NCBI GenBank assembly: GCA_047973205.1
Contig: JBKEBO010000058.1
Coordinates: forward strand, 5,750-69,749
DNA length: 64,000 nucleotides
Direction of reading: 5' to 3'
Source of the DNA: Alphaproteobacteria bacterium
Lineage (GTDB): Bacteria > Pseudomonadota > Alphaproteobacteria > JBKEAR01
The notes beneath the pieces are model-generated. The model did not search any database. It was given only the letters and a program-made list of their open reading frames with translations, and was not told the origin of the DNA. Shown piece by piece: positions 31,781 through 42,206 of this stretch. Position 1 is the first letter of the stretch. Every line of letters begins with the position of its first letter. The position numbers were made by a program, and so were the translations under genes.

Positions 31781-32592
31781 AGATAATCCATCAACAAGGT
31801 TGGCTCAAACAAGGGCAAAAAGGAATGGTTTGGCTTGGCCAAGCAGGCTTTTGGATAAATACAGGGCGGCATAAAATACTTATCGACCCTTATCTTTCGG
31901 ATAGTTTAGCCAAAAAATATGAGGGTGAAATTTATGACCATCAACGCATGGTGGATATTCCTATTGGCCCCACAGATTTACCTAAACCTGACCTTGTGCT
32001 TATTAGTCATGCTCATACGGATCATATGGATGGAGAAACACTTGCCCCTTTAGCTCAAAAATATCCTAACTTACCTTTTTTTGTTCCCCAAGCCTCCATG
32101 GATATTGCCAAAGAACGTATTGGTGTAGATACTTACCTGATAGGGCTAAATGCTGATCAGACTTACAATTTTGATAACTATTTGAATATCCGTACATTTC
32201 CTGCAGCCCATGAGAGCTTAGAAACAGACGATTATGGTCATCATCTTTTTTTAGGCTATGGCATTGAAGATGCAGGCTTAAGGATTTATCACTCAGGTGA
32301 TTGTATTCCTTATGATGGGCTTAAAGAGCGTGTGGATGCTTTTGCTGCTCATATTGCTCTTATGGCAACTAATGGCCGTGATGAGCAACGTTTAAAGGCA
32401 AATATTGCAGGCAATTTTACTTTAGAAGAAGCCTATGAGCTTTCACAAAATGCCCAGATATTTATTCCTCACCATTGGGGAATGTTTGCCTTTAACACTA
32501 TTGCTAAAGAAAAAATTATGGCCTTTGCCCAAAAAAACACCACCCCTCCAATTATCTTACCTCAACATGGCAACTCTTTAGTTATAGAGTAG
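31777..32592 (+). CDS. MBL-fold metallo-hydrolase
   Basis: The 271 aa product has an HAHTDH metal-binding motif. It is the last gene of the cupin operon. Confidence 0.75.
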   Translation: MKIIHQQGWLKQGQKGMVWLGQAGFWINTGRHKILIDPYLSDSLAKKYEGEIYDHQRMVDIPIGPTDLPKPDLVLISHAHTDHMDGETLAPLAQKYPNLPFFVPQASMDIAKERIGVDTYLIGLNADQTYNFDNYLNIRTFPAAHESLETDDYGHHLFLGYGIEDAGLRIYHSGDCIPYDGLKERVDAFAAHIALMATNGRDEQRLKANIAGNFTLEEAYELSQNAQIFIPHHWGMFAFNTIAKEKIMAFAQKNTTPPIILPQHGNSLVIE

Positions 32593-32606
32593 CAAAAACC
32601 AAAAAA

Positions 32607-33404
32607 TTATTCACAACAAGCTCCTCCTTCAGTTAGAACAACTGAGCCTGTCATAAAGCCTGAGGCTTCACTTGCTAAAAAGTGAACAGCCGAAGCAATT
32701 TCTCCTTCTTGATTACATTGCCCTGTTGTTTTGCTGCCAACCCAGTAGCGATATTTTTCTTCACGGCCACAAACATAGGTATCCATTTCCGTATCCACAT
32801 AAGTGGGGGCAACCACATTTACTCGTACGCCTCGCCAGCCCCATTCATCCGATAAAGCCTGCGACAAATGTTGTACAGCCGCCTTAGCTGCACGAAAACT
32901 CACATGTTTTTCAACACAACTTCCCATATTTGTTGGTGGAGAATTAATATTAATAATAGAGCCAATGCCGCGTCGTAACATTTTTTTACCAAATGCCTGA
33001 CAGCACCAAAAAACCCCATTAAGATTAACATTCATAACGTTAAGCCATGTTTCGCTACTCATGACTTCAGCAGGTTGATCGATAATTTCCATATTGGTAT
33101 TATTAACCAAAATATCCACAGGACCTATCTCATCTTCAATATGCCTTGCAACTTGGCTCGTTGCTTCCATATCCCCAACATCCAATGCTAAAGTATGAAC
33201 CTCAAAGCCTTTTTCTATCAATGGAGCTTGTGCCGTTTTAAGTAATGTCTCGTCAATATCTATCAGAATAACTTTAGCCCCTGCTTTAGCTAAAGCTTCT
33301 GAAATACTCAGCCCAACCCCTTGAGCAGCCCCTGTAATCACCGCTCGCTTTCCTTTTAGGCTTAACTTTTCACCATGCATGGCCACCCCTTTCTTTTGTG
33401 ACAT
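32607..33404 (-). CDS. SDR-family oxidoreductase (paralogue of 20399-21172)
   Basis: The product shares KLSLKGKRAVITGAA…NLNGVFWCC…VRVNVVAPTY…YRYWVG…GG.CC with the first SDR at roughly 50% identity. The true start is probably the Met at 33380. Confidence 0.85.
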   Translation of the reverse strand: MSQKKGVAMHGEKLSLKGKRAVITGAAQGVGLSISEALAKAGAKVILIDIDETLLKTAQAPLIEKGFEVHTLALDVGDMEATSQVARHIEDEIGPVDILVNNTNMEIIDQPAEVMSSETWLNVMNVNLNGVFWCCQAFGKKMLRRGIGSIININSPPTNMGSCVEKHVSFRAAKAAVQHLSQALSDEWGWRGVRVNVVAPTYVDTEMDTYVCGREEKYRYWVGSKTTGQCNQEGEIASAVHFLASEASGFMTGSVVLTEGGACCE

Positions 33405-33716
33405 ATGCTAAGAATATCTTTAACTTATGGTATAATATTTCCTATTATTATCCTTAATATTTAATGATAATAATACTTATTATATAGTTATACATTTTTT
33501 TGATGCAAATTTTTAATTGGTAAAAAAAATTTAATCACCCAAATTAAATTACATAAAATTATAAAAATTTCGGCAAATTGCATACAAGTATAGAAGTGCA
33601 TATAAAGACTATATTAAATAACAAATTTTAATTCTTTACCCTATTTTATGCCATTCTTTGAGTATTTTTAGAACTATTATCTATTTTTTTTATAATTTTA
33701 GATGATTCGTGAATAG

Positions 33717-34595
33717 CTAATCGATTTTTTCATCATCATTTAAACCATAACTACGAACATCTGCAATATATTGTTTCATTGCATCAAGGCGTTCCCGCTG
33801 CTCTATGGGGCGACGAAGAACCGTATAAGTCGATAATATATCGATAATCACTAAGGCGGCCATGCGGGAAATTGTTGGTGTGTATTTATCTGTATTATCT
33901 AAAGATTCAACAATCAGGCTAATATCTGAATGTTCTGTAAGTGGGCTTTTGCTTCCTGTAAGGCCAATGACCTTTGCACCATGGCTGCGAGCCACATCGG
34001 CCGCTCGGATAATCTCTTGGGTTTTTCCTGAATCCGAAATTGCTATAACCACATCGCCTTTTTGCATCATACTCACATTAATCAACATTTGGTGAGTATC
34101 GCTTATGGATTGGCAAGGAATGCCAAAAAGCGGAAATTTTTGTTGAGCATCTTGAGCAACAATGGAAGATGCTCCTAAGCCAAAAAAGTACAAAGATTTT
34201 GCTTCTAATATACAATCAACCGCATCAGCGAGAGCTTTTCTGTCTAGCTTTGTTCGTACCCAATCAAGACTTGTAAGGTTAAAGTCGAAGATTTTGTTAA
34301 TAACTTCATTAAAATCATCTTTATCCGATATAGCCGCATGGGATGTTGAAAGACCAAAAGCAAGGGAGCGAGCGAGCTTAATCTTCATATCTTGAAAGCC
34401 CTCACAACCAATAGAGTTACAAAATCGAATAACTGTTGGCTCACTTACATCTGAGAGTTTAGCGAGCTTAGCAAGCTTCATCTGTGGTACTGATTGAGGA
34501 TTTTCTAATATCTTTTCAGCAACCTTACGATCTGAGCGTCGCAATTTATCTAGTGAGCGTTTAATCTCTTCGATTAAATTGACTGATTCAAGCAT
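33717..34595 (-). CDS. RpiR/MurR-family transcriptional regulator (N-terminal HTH_6 plus C-terminal SIS sugar-phosphate-binding domain)
   Basis: The 292 aa product has an HTH (LAKLAKLSDVSEPTVIRFC) and a SIS domain (GLGASSIVAQD…AISDSGKTQE). It is the last gene of the kinase operon. Confidence 0.88.
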   Translation of the reverse strand: MLESVNLIEEIKRSLDKLRRSDRKVAEKILENPQSVPQMKLAKLAKLSDVSEPTVIRFCNSIGCEGFQDMKIKLARSLAFGLSTSHAAISDKDDFNEVINKIFDFNLTSLDWVRTKLDRKALADAVDCILEAKSLYFFGLGASSIVAQDAQQKFPLFGIPCQSISDTHQMLINVSMMQKGDVVIAISDSGKTQEIIRAADVARSHGAKVIGLTGSKSPLTEHSDISLIVESLDNTDKYTPTISRMAALVIIDILSTYTVLRRPIEQRERLDAMKQYIADVRSYGLNDDEKID

Positions 34596-34612
34596 CTCTT
34601 ATCCTTACATCT

Positions 34613-35209
34613 CTATTGTGCAATATAGCCAACCCAACCAAGGCCATTATGCATTCCATTATGACCTGCCGCCGTAAAAGCTTCAATCATTTTATTATTT
34701 GCCGTAAAAAAGCAAACATTATTATCACCATCAAGCTGATACTCTGCTATTATACGAGCTTCTAAATGAGCAAAATCTTTCTGAGCTTTATCAAGATTTT
34801 GAGTACGAACTCCTAAATGATCAATTCCTTTGGTTGTTGTTGAACCATCTATTTGGGAGCAAAATTCAATGGGGACATTATCAGGACCTTTAAAAAAGAT
34901 AAAGCGAACACCCTCTTGCCAAAATTCTTTAATACTTGTAATGCCATCTGCAGTGTAATTTGCATCAAGCTTTAAGCCTTGCTTTTGTTTTTTTTGAGCA
35001 AAGCTATCTAAATCAATCACCTTAAAGGCAATATGGTCGAAGTGATAAGGTGTTATATTGTGATTGTTTTTCCATATATCTTGCTGCACAAGTAAAATCA
35101 CATCTTCACCATATGCAAGATGGTTCTTGCCAACATCTGCAAATGGGAGTTTTTTTGTAAAAAATGCCTTAGCATCTTCAATAGAAGTCACAGATAGTAC
35201 GGGTATCAT
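34613..35209 (-). CDS. VOC-superfamily (glyoxalase/dioxygenase-fold) protein with two tandem βαβββ modules
   Basis: The 198 aa product has two HF.H/HLG…R-type VOC halves. Its function cannot be told from the sequence. Confidence 0.55.
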   Translation of the reverse strand: MIPVLSVTSIEDAKAFFTKKLPFADVGKNHLAYGEDVILLVQQDIWKNNHNITPYHFDHIAFKVIDLDSFAQKKQKQGLKLDANYTADGITSIKEFWQEGVRFIFFKGPDNVPIEFCSQIDGSTTTKGIDHLGVRTQNLDKAQKDFAHLEARIIAEYQLDGDNNVCFFTANNKMIEAFTAAGHNGMHNGLGWVGYIAQ

Positions 35210-35247
35210 CGCTTTAAACCTTTTCTTCTTATGAATATTAAAATATT

Positions 35248-35901
35248 TTAGCCTTTTAAAAAATTCTCAATATAATCAACAGGTGACTGATTATAGGGAA
35301 TAAAATCAGCTCCTTTGGGTATTAGACTTTCATCTTGCACCTCATGTTGCGGATGATAAAGCACCTGCATTTTAGCATTAATGCCTGCCTGAGCCCCAGG
35401 GAGGCTATCTTCCACGACAAGGCAATCTTTTGGTTCTACTTTGAGATGCTTTGCTCCTAACAAATAGCTATCAGGCTCTGGCTTACCATGGGTAACATCG
35501 TAACGGCAAATATAATTAGGTATCACCTCATCGAGCTTGGTTACCTGCATGCAGCATTCAACTTCTTCTTTAGTTGAGTTAGAAACAACGGCCATTGGTA
35601 CTTTACGTTTAGCAAGCTCCGTAGCTAATGATGCTAAAGGCTCTCTACGGATAACCTCTTGAGCATGTTGTTCATAATAGTACCATTTTTTTGCTTTCCA
35701 TACCTCAAATTCCATATTCGTATTGGCAAGTTTTTGAAAGCGGCTATGTACATTTTCTAAGGTTGTTCCTGTAAGTGAAAGATGAAACTCCTCAGGAACG
35801 ATTATGCCGATTTCAGCGGCGATATTATCAAGGGCAGCATGGTGAGCAGGCTCACTGTCAATCAATGTTCCGTCCATATCCCATAAGATAGCTTTTGTCA
35901 T
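35248..35901 (-). CDS. HAD-superfamily hydrolase, β-phosphoglucomutase/sugar-phosphatase subfamily
   Basis: The 217 aa product has the ILWDMDGTLIDSE motif I and the EDS..G motif IV. Confidence 0.8.
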   Translation of the reverse strand: MTKAILWDMDGTLIDSEPAHHAALDNIAAEIGIIVPEEFHLSLTGTTLENVHSRFQKLANTNMEFEVWKAKKWYYYEQHAQEVIRREPLASLATELAKRKVPMAVVSNSTKEEVECCMQVTKLDEVIPNYICRYDVTHGKPEPDSYLLGAKHLKVEPKDCLVVEDSLPGAQAGINAKMQVLYHPQHEVQDESLIPKGADFIPYNQSPVDYIENFLKG

Positions 35902-37403
35902 GTAAGTTTGTCCAAATCGTGATAAAATTGTTGTGAGTGTTTGTAAAGTCGCTCATAAATAGGCATCATGCGATTATATCGCTCAACCCATTGAGGAGAC
36001 GGCATAATTTCTTCTGAAAAACGTACCATAGATTGGGCTGCATCTTCAACATTATTCTTTGCTCCTGTACTTGTTGCCATAAGCATTGCTGCTCCAACAA
36101 TGCCACATTCAAGCTCTTGGGGTACTCTATAAGCCACATTATACATACTCGCTTTAATCTCAAGCCATAGGTGATTTTTTGCCCCGCCACTGGCTGCAAT
36201 AATTGCTTCAGGCCGTCCATCTTTATCCACCTCATCCAAAACACGACGAACCGAAAAAGCTACCCCTTCTAAAACGGCTCGATGCAAATCTGCCATATTA
36301 TGTTCCGCTGTTAGGCCAAAAAATTGAGCCCGTGAGTTTTTGTAATCCCCAAAACGTTCTCCTGATAAATAAGGCAAAAAGAACAAACCATTAGCTCCCA
36401 CTTCTGAACGGTGAGCATCTTCGGTTATTTCCGCGTAACTTCGTTGATTATCATGAAAAGCTCGCCTTGCCCAACGTGGTGCATCTCCTCCTGCATCCAA
36501 AAGTGTCATGGCTCCCCATACACCATTAGCCGAAAGTACATTAGAGACTTGCGGTTTTAAGATAGGGCCATCATGCATCAATGTAACAATAGTAGATGTA
36601 CCTGTAACATCTGAGCCCATTCCTTGCTTAATCACACCAGAGCCAATTAATGCCATAGGATAATCCCCCGCCCCCACAAGTACAGGAATATCAGCCGAAA
36701 GCCCTATTTTTGCAGCAACTTTAGCGTCAAGCCCACCCAATATGTCTTCAGGAGCATGTAAATCAGGAAGCAAGTCTCTTGAGACCCCTGTAATCTCGCA
36801 CAATTCATCAGACCATTGACGGGTTTGCCAATCCATCAAAAAGCTTAAACTGGCTTCTGTATAATCTTGAGCTCGTTTACCTGTTAGCTTAAAGTTAATC
36901 CAATCTTTCGGCATTAAAAGAGTAGTTGAGCGAGCCAAAGCCTCAGGTTGATTTTCAGCAATCCATGCAACTTTAAGAGCGGGCCATGCAGGCGATGGTG
37001 TATTGGCTGTAAGTTCTAAAATTTTTTTTGTACTCAAAGACTTTGTAAGCTCTTCGACTTGCTTAATATTACGTTTATCATTCCAAAGAGGAACAGCTTC
37101 TAATGCTGGTTTACCACTATCATCAATTAAAACAGAACCATGCATTTGCCCACAACAACATATGGCTGCAATACGATGATGAGCGTTTTCAACCTTAGCC
37201 AAAACATCTTTCATAGTTGTTAATGTACCATGCCACCAATCTTCAGGACGTTGTTCCGACCATCCATATCTAGGAACTATCTGCTCATGTTCCTTATGGC
37301 TAAAAGCTAAGATATGCCCAGCTCCATCCACTATAGCCGAACGAAGCCCGCCTGTACCCACATCAATCGCTAAATATAAATCCCTAACCTGCTGCTTTTG
37401 CAT
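35898..37403 (-). CDS. FGGY-family carbohydrate kinase (xylulokinase/glycerol-kinase-like)
   Basis: The 501 aa product has LAIDVGTGGLRSAIVD at the N-terminus and FGGY_N/C conservation. It is the first gene of the kinase-HAD-VOC-RpiR operon. Confidence 0.88.
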   Translation of the reverse strand: MQKQQVRDLYLAIDVGTGGLRSAIVDGAGHILAFSHKEHEQIVPRYGWSEQRPEDWWHGTLTTMKDVLAKVENAHHRIAAICCCGQMHGSVLIDDSGKPALEAVPLWNDKRNIKQVEELTKSLSTKKILELTANTPSPAWPALKVAWIAENQPEALARSTTLLMPKDWINFKLTGKRAQDYTEASLSFLMDWQTRQWSDELCEITGVSRDLLPDLHAPEDILGGLDAKVAAKIGLSADIPVLVGAGDYPMALIGSGVIKQGMGSDVTGTSTIVTLMHDGPILKPQVSNVLSANGVWGAMTLLDAGGDAPRWARRAFHDNQRSYAEITEDAHRSEVGANGLFFLPYLSGERFGDYKNSRAQFFGLTAEHNMADLHRAVLEGVAFSVRRVLDEVDKDGRPEAIIAASGGAKNHLWLEIKASMYNVAYRVPQELECGIVGAAMLMATSTGAKNNVEDAAQSMVRFSEEIMPSPQWVERYNRMMPIYERLYKHSQQFYHDLDKLT

Positions 37404-37505
37404 TTTAAGCCCACCATTATTGCCATTTTTATCTAATTTTTTTATATCTTATCAATTATTTATATTACATCAAAACAACTTATTGTCTAGTATATTTTTA
37501 AAAAA

Positions 37506-37520
37506 TATAGTATAACTACA
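37506..37520. promoter_or_regulatory. Near-copy of the island palindrome (TaTAG-tataa-CTACA), about 100 nt upstream of the FGGY kinase operon
   Basis: It has one mismatch in the left half-site. Confidence 0.3.
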
Positions 37521-37736
37521 AATAATAAACTATAGTAAATTATTGATTTATAATGTTTTTTTATAAAAATATTATAAATAACTTTTGATATACAGCTATT
37601 TTCATAGAAGATTATTTTTATTTTTTATAGATTTCTCATAATAAATAATTGTATAAGATATTGATATAAATTAGCTTTATGGAAAAATATCTGTCTGTAT
37701 TTATATAAATCCAACAACTTGACAAAACCCCAAAAA

Positions 37737-37751
37737 TGTAGTTATGCTACA
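37737..37751. promoter_or_regulatory. Candidate operator TGTAG-ttatg-CTACA, copy 1 upstream of the second ABC operon
   Basis: It is part of a perfect 18-bp direct repeat tgtagttatgctacaaat ×2. It is preceded by TTGACA at 37719-37724, so it overlaps a likely -10 region. Confidence 0.5.
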
Positions 37752-37760
37752 AATGCACAT

Positions 37761-37775
37761 TGTAGTTATGCTACA
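37761..37775. promoter_or_regulatory. Candidate operator TGTAG-ttatg-CTACA, copy 2
   Basis: It is identical to copy 1 and lies 24 bp downstream, 34 nt before the SBP start. Confidence 0.5.
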
Positions 37776-37808
37776 AATATATCGACTCACAATAATTCGG
37801 AGGAAATC

Positions 37809-38774
37809 ATGAAACTTAAATCAATGCTTATTTCTACTATCTTATTTTCATCTGTTATAACCCAAGCTTATGCTGCTGATTGCAAGATTGGTATCTCCAT
37901 GAAAACACTTTCAGCTCCTTATTTTGCAGCCCAAGAACAATCCGCACGGCTAAAAGCTGAAAAAATTGGCTGCAAAGTTGTCTCTACCGATGCCAATAAC
38001 GATTTAAATAAACAAATTGCCGATGTGGAAGATATGGTTGCTCAAGGTATTCAAGCTTTAATTATTAATCCAAGAGATAGTCAAGGGCTTGTACCTGCTG
38101 TAAATGCAGCAAGTGGTGCTGGCGTTAAGGTTATTGTTATTGATTCCACTTTAGACCCTACTGCTGATTTTTTAACATTAGTTCAATCATCTAACTTACA
38201 AAATGGTATGCTTGTCGGCCGCTGGATTGCCGATAATACAAAGGGTAAGGATTTAAAAATTGCTCTTTTATCGGGAGCTCAAGGCAACGAGGTTGGCCAA
38301 GAACGCCGCTTGGGGACATTATCAGGCTTATTAGAAGGTCAGCTTAAAAATAAAGGTAACGCTGGTTTTGATGTTGTGGCTCAAGGTTGGGGAAATTGGA
38401 GTTCTGAAGGCGGTCTTACGGCTATGGAAGATATTTTAGTTGCTCATCCTGATATCAATGTGGTTTTAGGCGAAAATGACTCCATGGTTTTAGGAGCTCA
38501 AAAAGCTCTTGAGGCTAATGGCCGTAGTGATGATATTCTCCTAGTAGCTGCTGCTGATGGCCAAAAAGAAGCCCTAGAGTTGATTAAAGAAGGAAAATAT
38601 GGTGCAACAGGGCTTAATGACCCTGCTCTTGTGGCCTCAACCGCTGTAGATATTGCCAAACAAGCTATTGATGGTAAGCTGCCTGAGGGCTTATCAAAGC
38701 TTACCTATACAACTCCAGCGGTAATCTCTAAAAAGAATATTGATAAATATTACAAAGAAGATGCCGTCTTTTAA
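37809..38774 (+). CDS. Sugar ABC transporter substrate-binding protein (ribose/xylose/arabinose-binding-like PBP-1)
   Basis: The product has a signal peptide (MKLKSMLISTILFSSVITQAYA|AD). A GGAGG RBS precedes the start. The track's 37719 start merely translates the operator repeats. Confidence 0.88.
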   Translation: MKLKSMLISTILFSSVITQAYAADCKIGISMKTLSAPYFAAQEQSARLKAEKIGCKVVSTDANNDLNKQIADVEDMVAQGIQALIINPRDSQGLVPAVNAASGAGVKVIVIDSTLDPTADFLTLVQSSNLQNGMLVGRWIADNTKGKDLKIALLSGAQGNEVGQERRLGTLSGLLEGQLKNKGNAGFDVVAQGWGNWSSEGGLTAMEDILVAHPDINVVLGENDSMVLGAQKALEANGRSDDILLVAAADGQKEALELIKEGKYGATGLNDPALVASTAVDIAKQAIDGKLPEGLSKLTYTTPAVISKKNIDKYYKEDAVF

Positions 38775-38799
38775 GCTTTACCTTACAATGAGATAAAAT

Positions 38800-40278
38800 A
38801 TGAACCAAACAATTGTTAAATTATCTAATATTTCTAAATCTTTTGGAGGTGTTCATGCTCTTAAAGATGCTAGTCTTGAACTTAAAGCAGGTGAAGTCCA
38901 TGCTCTTATTGGAGAGAACGGGGCAGGAAAATCAACCCTAATGAATATCTTAGGTGGGCTTTTTGCCCCAAGCAGCGGCCATATTGAGCTTGAAGATAAA
39001 AAAATTAACCTCCATAATCCCCGTGATGCCCAGCTTAAGGGAATATCTATTATTCATCAAGAAATGGCCTTGGCTAACGATTTAACAGTTTCTGAAAATA
39101 TTTTTCTCTCAGAAATACCTACCATAATTAACTGGAAACAACTTAACCAGCGAGCAAGAGAGCTTATCCAGTATTTAGGCTTTGATATATCCCCTAAAGC
39201 TCTTGTGGGTAGTCTCTCTGTAGCTCATCGGCAAATTATTGAAATTGCCAAAGCTCTTTCTCATCGCTCAAAAATTGTTGTTTTTGATGAGCCAACCGCT
39301 GTTCTCTCAACCCGAGATGCTAATCGTCTTATGGAGGTTATTGAAGGGCTTAAGAGTAACGGTGTAGGTGTTATTTATATTTCTCATCGTCTGGATGAGG
39401 TTTTTCATATTGCGGATCGTATCACCATACTCAAGGATGGTCACAGTGTAAATACACTTAATACAAAAGATACAGATATATCTTCAGTTATTGAGCTTAT
39501 GGTTGGACGAAAGCTAGAGGCTATGTTTGGTGACAACATTCCTAAAAGCATTGGCGATATTGCTTTAAGTGTTGATGGAATTCCATATCTTGAGCAAGCC
39601 AAAGATATAAATTTTCAAATCCACCGTGGTGAGATTGTTGGTCTTGGAGGCCTTGTGGGGGCAGGGCGGACAGAACTTATGCGGCAAATTTTTGGTGCTG
39701 AGCCTCACTCTAACATTTCCTTAAATATTAAGAACAAGCCCATATCTATTCACAATCCTTATCAAGGGGTCAAAAATGGTATTGCCCTTGTCCCTGAAAG
39801 TCGTAAAGAACATGGTGTTATTTTAGATATGCCCATTAAATGGAATATCACCATGGCCAAAATGTCTGCTATAACGAATATATTTGGTTTTATTCGCCGT
39901 AAGGTTGAAAAAACTGAAGTCAACCACCTTGTCAAAGCTCTTCAACTTAAGGCTGATTCTATTAACGATGCTGTTTCCAGTCTTTCGGGAGGAAACCAGC
40001 AAAAGGTAGTTTTGGCTAAATGGCTCCATGCTGGTGGTGATATCCTAATATTTGACGAGCCAACAAGAGGTGTAGATGTAGGAGCAAAAGCTGAAATTTA
40101 TACATTGATTAAAAAGTTAGCTGCTGAAGGTAAAGCAATTATTGTTATCTCCTCGGAGCATCTGGAACTTTTTGGTCTTTGTGATCGCATCATTGTTATG
40201 CGAGAAGGTCAACTTGCAGGCGAGCTTAAACCAAAGGAATATTCTGAAACCAATATACTGAACTTCGCCATGGCTTAA
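38800..40278 (+). CDS. Sugar ABC transporter ATP-binding protein (duplicated ABC domains, CUT2/RbsA-like)
   Basis: The 492 aa product has two Walker A/signature/Walker B sets. Confidence 0.9.
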   Translation: MNQTIVKLSNISKSFGGVHALKDASLELKAGEVHALIGENGAGKSTLMNILGGLFAPSSGHIELEDKKINLHNPRDAQLKGISIIHQEMALANDLTVSENIFLSEIPTIINWKQLNQRARELIQYLGFDISPKALVGSLSVAHRQIIEIAKALSHRSKIVVFDEPTAVLSTRDANRLMEVIEGLKSNGVGVIYISHRLDEVFHIADRITILKDGHSVNTLNTKDTDISSVIELMVGRKLEAMFGDNIPKSIGDIALSVDGIPYLEQAKDINFQIHRGEIVGLGGLVGAGRTELMRQIFGAEPHSNISLNIKNKPISIHNPYQGVKNGIALVPESRKEHGVILDMPIKWNITMAKMSAITNIFGFIRRKVEKTEVNHLVKALQLKADSINDAVSSLSGGNQQKVVLAKWLHAGGDILIFDEPTRGVDVGAKAEIYTLIKKLAAEGKAIIVISSEHLELFGLCDRIIVMREGQLAGELKPKEYSETNILNFAMA

Positions 40279-40295
40279 ATAAAGGAGAGGTAACT

Positions 40296-41258
40296 ATGAC
40301 AACATTAACAAAATCTCAGATTAATATCGGTTTTTTATTAAATAAGTATGGTACTTTCATTATTTTAATTGTCTTACTTTTATTGGCTCATTCTATGTCT
40401 GATGTATTTTTGACTAAACGCAATATCTTTAATATTTTACGGCAAATGACAGGAACAGGGCTTATGGCTGTTGGTATGTTATTTGTTATTCTTACAAGAG
40501 GTATTGATCTTTCGGTAGGTTCTATCTCAGCCTTAGGCTCTGTGGTTTCCGCTGTGTTAGTTCAATCTCTCCCTATTCCCTTAAGCCTTGCAGAAACACT
40601 TGCTATTGGCGGAGTATGTGGTCTTATTTCAGGGCTACTCATTGCTTATCTTCGCTTGCCCGCTTTTGTTACGACTTTAGCTCTCATGACCATGGCAAGA
40701 GGAGCGGCTCTTATTGTCTCTAATGGCCAACCTATTCGCATGGGAAGTGCTGGAAGTAGCATTACAAAATTTGGCTCTTCCTATAGCTTTGGTATTCCTC
40801 AACCTGTTATATTACTGATAGCTGTTTTTGTTATTGCAGCTATTATTCTTAATTTTACTCGCTTTGGTCGCATGATTAAAGCCATTGGCTCTAATGAAGA
40901 AGCTGTTCGGCTTTCTGGTGTACGTGTTTCTTTTTATATTGTTTGTGTTTATGTTATTTCTGGTATATTAGCTGCTGCAGCAGGCATAATCTCAACAAGC
41001 CGTACAGGTATTGGCTCAGCCAATATTGGTGTTGGAGCCGAACTTTACGCCATTGCAGCGGTCGTTATTGGCGGAGCGAGCCTTATGGGAGGACGTGGCG
41101 GAGCTTTAAATACCTTTTTTGGAGTATTCATTTTAGGCATTATTGCCAACTTAATGAATCTAGCGGGTGTTCCAGGATTTTACCAGCAAGTCTTTATGGG
41201 GATTATCATTATTAGTGCCATGCTTTTACAATTTAGCTCCACCTTATTTAAACGCTAA
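40296..41258 (+). CDS. Sugar ABC transporter permease (RbsC-like)
   Basis: The 320 aa product has about 9 TM segments and CUT2 permease conservation. An AAGGAGAGG RBS precedes the start. Confidence 0.88.
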   Translation: MTTLTKSQINIGFLLNKYGTFIILIVLLLLAHSMSDVFLTKRNIFNILRQMTGTGLMAVGMLFVILTRGIDLSVGSISALGSVVSAVLVQSLPIPLSLAETLAIGGVCGLISGLLIAYLRLPAFVTTLALMTMARGAALIVSNGQPIRMGSAGSSITKFGSSYSFGIPQPVILLIAVFVIAAIILNFTRFGRMIKAIGSNEEAVRLSGVRVSFYIVCVYVISGILAAAAGIISTSRTGIGSANIGVGAELYAIAAVVIGGASLMGGRGGALNTFFGVFILGIIANLMNLAGVPGFYQQVFMGIIIISAMLLQFSSTLFKR

Positions 41259-41260
41259 CC

Positions 41261-42061
41261 TTATATATTCAAAAAGGATTTTATATATTTGCCAACGCCG
41301 TCTTCACTATTGGGGCGAGCCATATTAGCAAATTGTTTAATGGCTGACTTGCGTCCATTTTCCATCACTACAGGATGACCCACCGCCTTAAGCATAGGAA
41401 CATCATTGGCATTATCACCAAAAGCCATACAATTTTTTAAATTATAGCCATTTTTCTGGGCAATAAAGCGTACAGCAACACCTTTATTTGCATCTTTACT
41501 TAAAATTTCTAAAGAATTATCAAGGGCATATGTTCCCCATAGGTTTAGGCTTGTATCATTTTCTATTTGAGCATAAGCCTTGTTAAGCTCTTCTTCATTA
41601 TGCCAGCGAAATACAATTTTTGTTAATTGTTTTTGAGCAAAATCCTCTAAATTACTTACCTCATGATTAAGCCCACCAATACCAAAGTAACTTTGTGAAA
41701 GCTCATCATCTTTATTAGTATAAACTGTATCGCCACAATACCAAATTACAGTAAATCCGTGGTCTTGAGCAAGACGAATAAGGGCTTGGTTATCTGCAAT
41801 ATCAATACCTATTTGATATAAATATTCACCTGTATCAAAATTTTCGACCTTACAGCCATTAAAGCTACAAACCAAATTACGAGGCTTTAGCCCTTCGACG
41901 GAGCGAATAGATACAGAAGAGCGTCCTGTAACCACATGAAAAGGAATACCTGCATCCCATGCCGCCTGTATAACTTCTTGATTATAAGGGCTAACAACAT
42001 GATGTTCATTCAGTAATGTTCCATCTAAATCGCTAAATATAGCCTCAATTTTATTCATCAA
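41261..42061 (-). CDS. Cof-type HAD-IIB sugar phosphatase
   Basis: The 266 aa product has FSDLDGTLL motif I and a C-terminal GDNANDVPM motif. Confidence 0.8.
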   Translation of the reverse strand: MMNKIEAIFSDLDGTLLNEHHVVSPYNQEVIQAAWDAGIPFHVVTGRSSVSIRSVEGLKPRNLVCSFNGCKVENFDTGEYLYQIGIDIADNQALIRLAQDHGFTVIWYCGDTVYTNKDDELSQSYFGIGGLNHEVSNLEDFAQKQLTKIVFRWHNEEELNKAYAQIENDTSLNLWGTYALDNSLEILSKDANKGVAVRFIAQKNGYNLKNCMAFGDNANDVPMLKAVGHPVVMENGRKSAIKQFANMARPNSEDGVGKYIKSFLNI

Positions 42062-42206
42062 CTTCTCCTTTTAATAATAGTAGATATGATGCTCTTTAAG
42101 TTTATAAAGGTCAAGTCTTTATCTAGGGTCATGTTATTAAAACAAAACCTCTTGCGAAAAAAGGGAAATCGGAGTAAAACTTCTCTATTCTAAAAATAAA
42201 GAAAAG

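Noticed and set aside
37719-37808. The track suggests a 30-codon N-terminal extension of the sugar-binding protein (MTKPQKCSYATNAHCSYATN…).
   Set aside because: It is just the translation of the duplicated operator palindrome. The true start at 37809 has a GGAGG RBS and is followed directly by a signal peptide.
41258-41261. A possible gene overlap or fusion between the ABC permease and the Cof phosphatase.
   Set aside because: The genes are simply convergent with a 2-nt gap, and nothing suggests a frameshift or a pseudogene.
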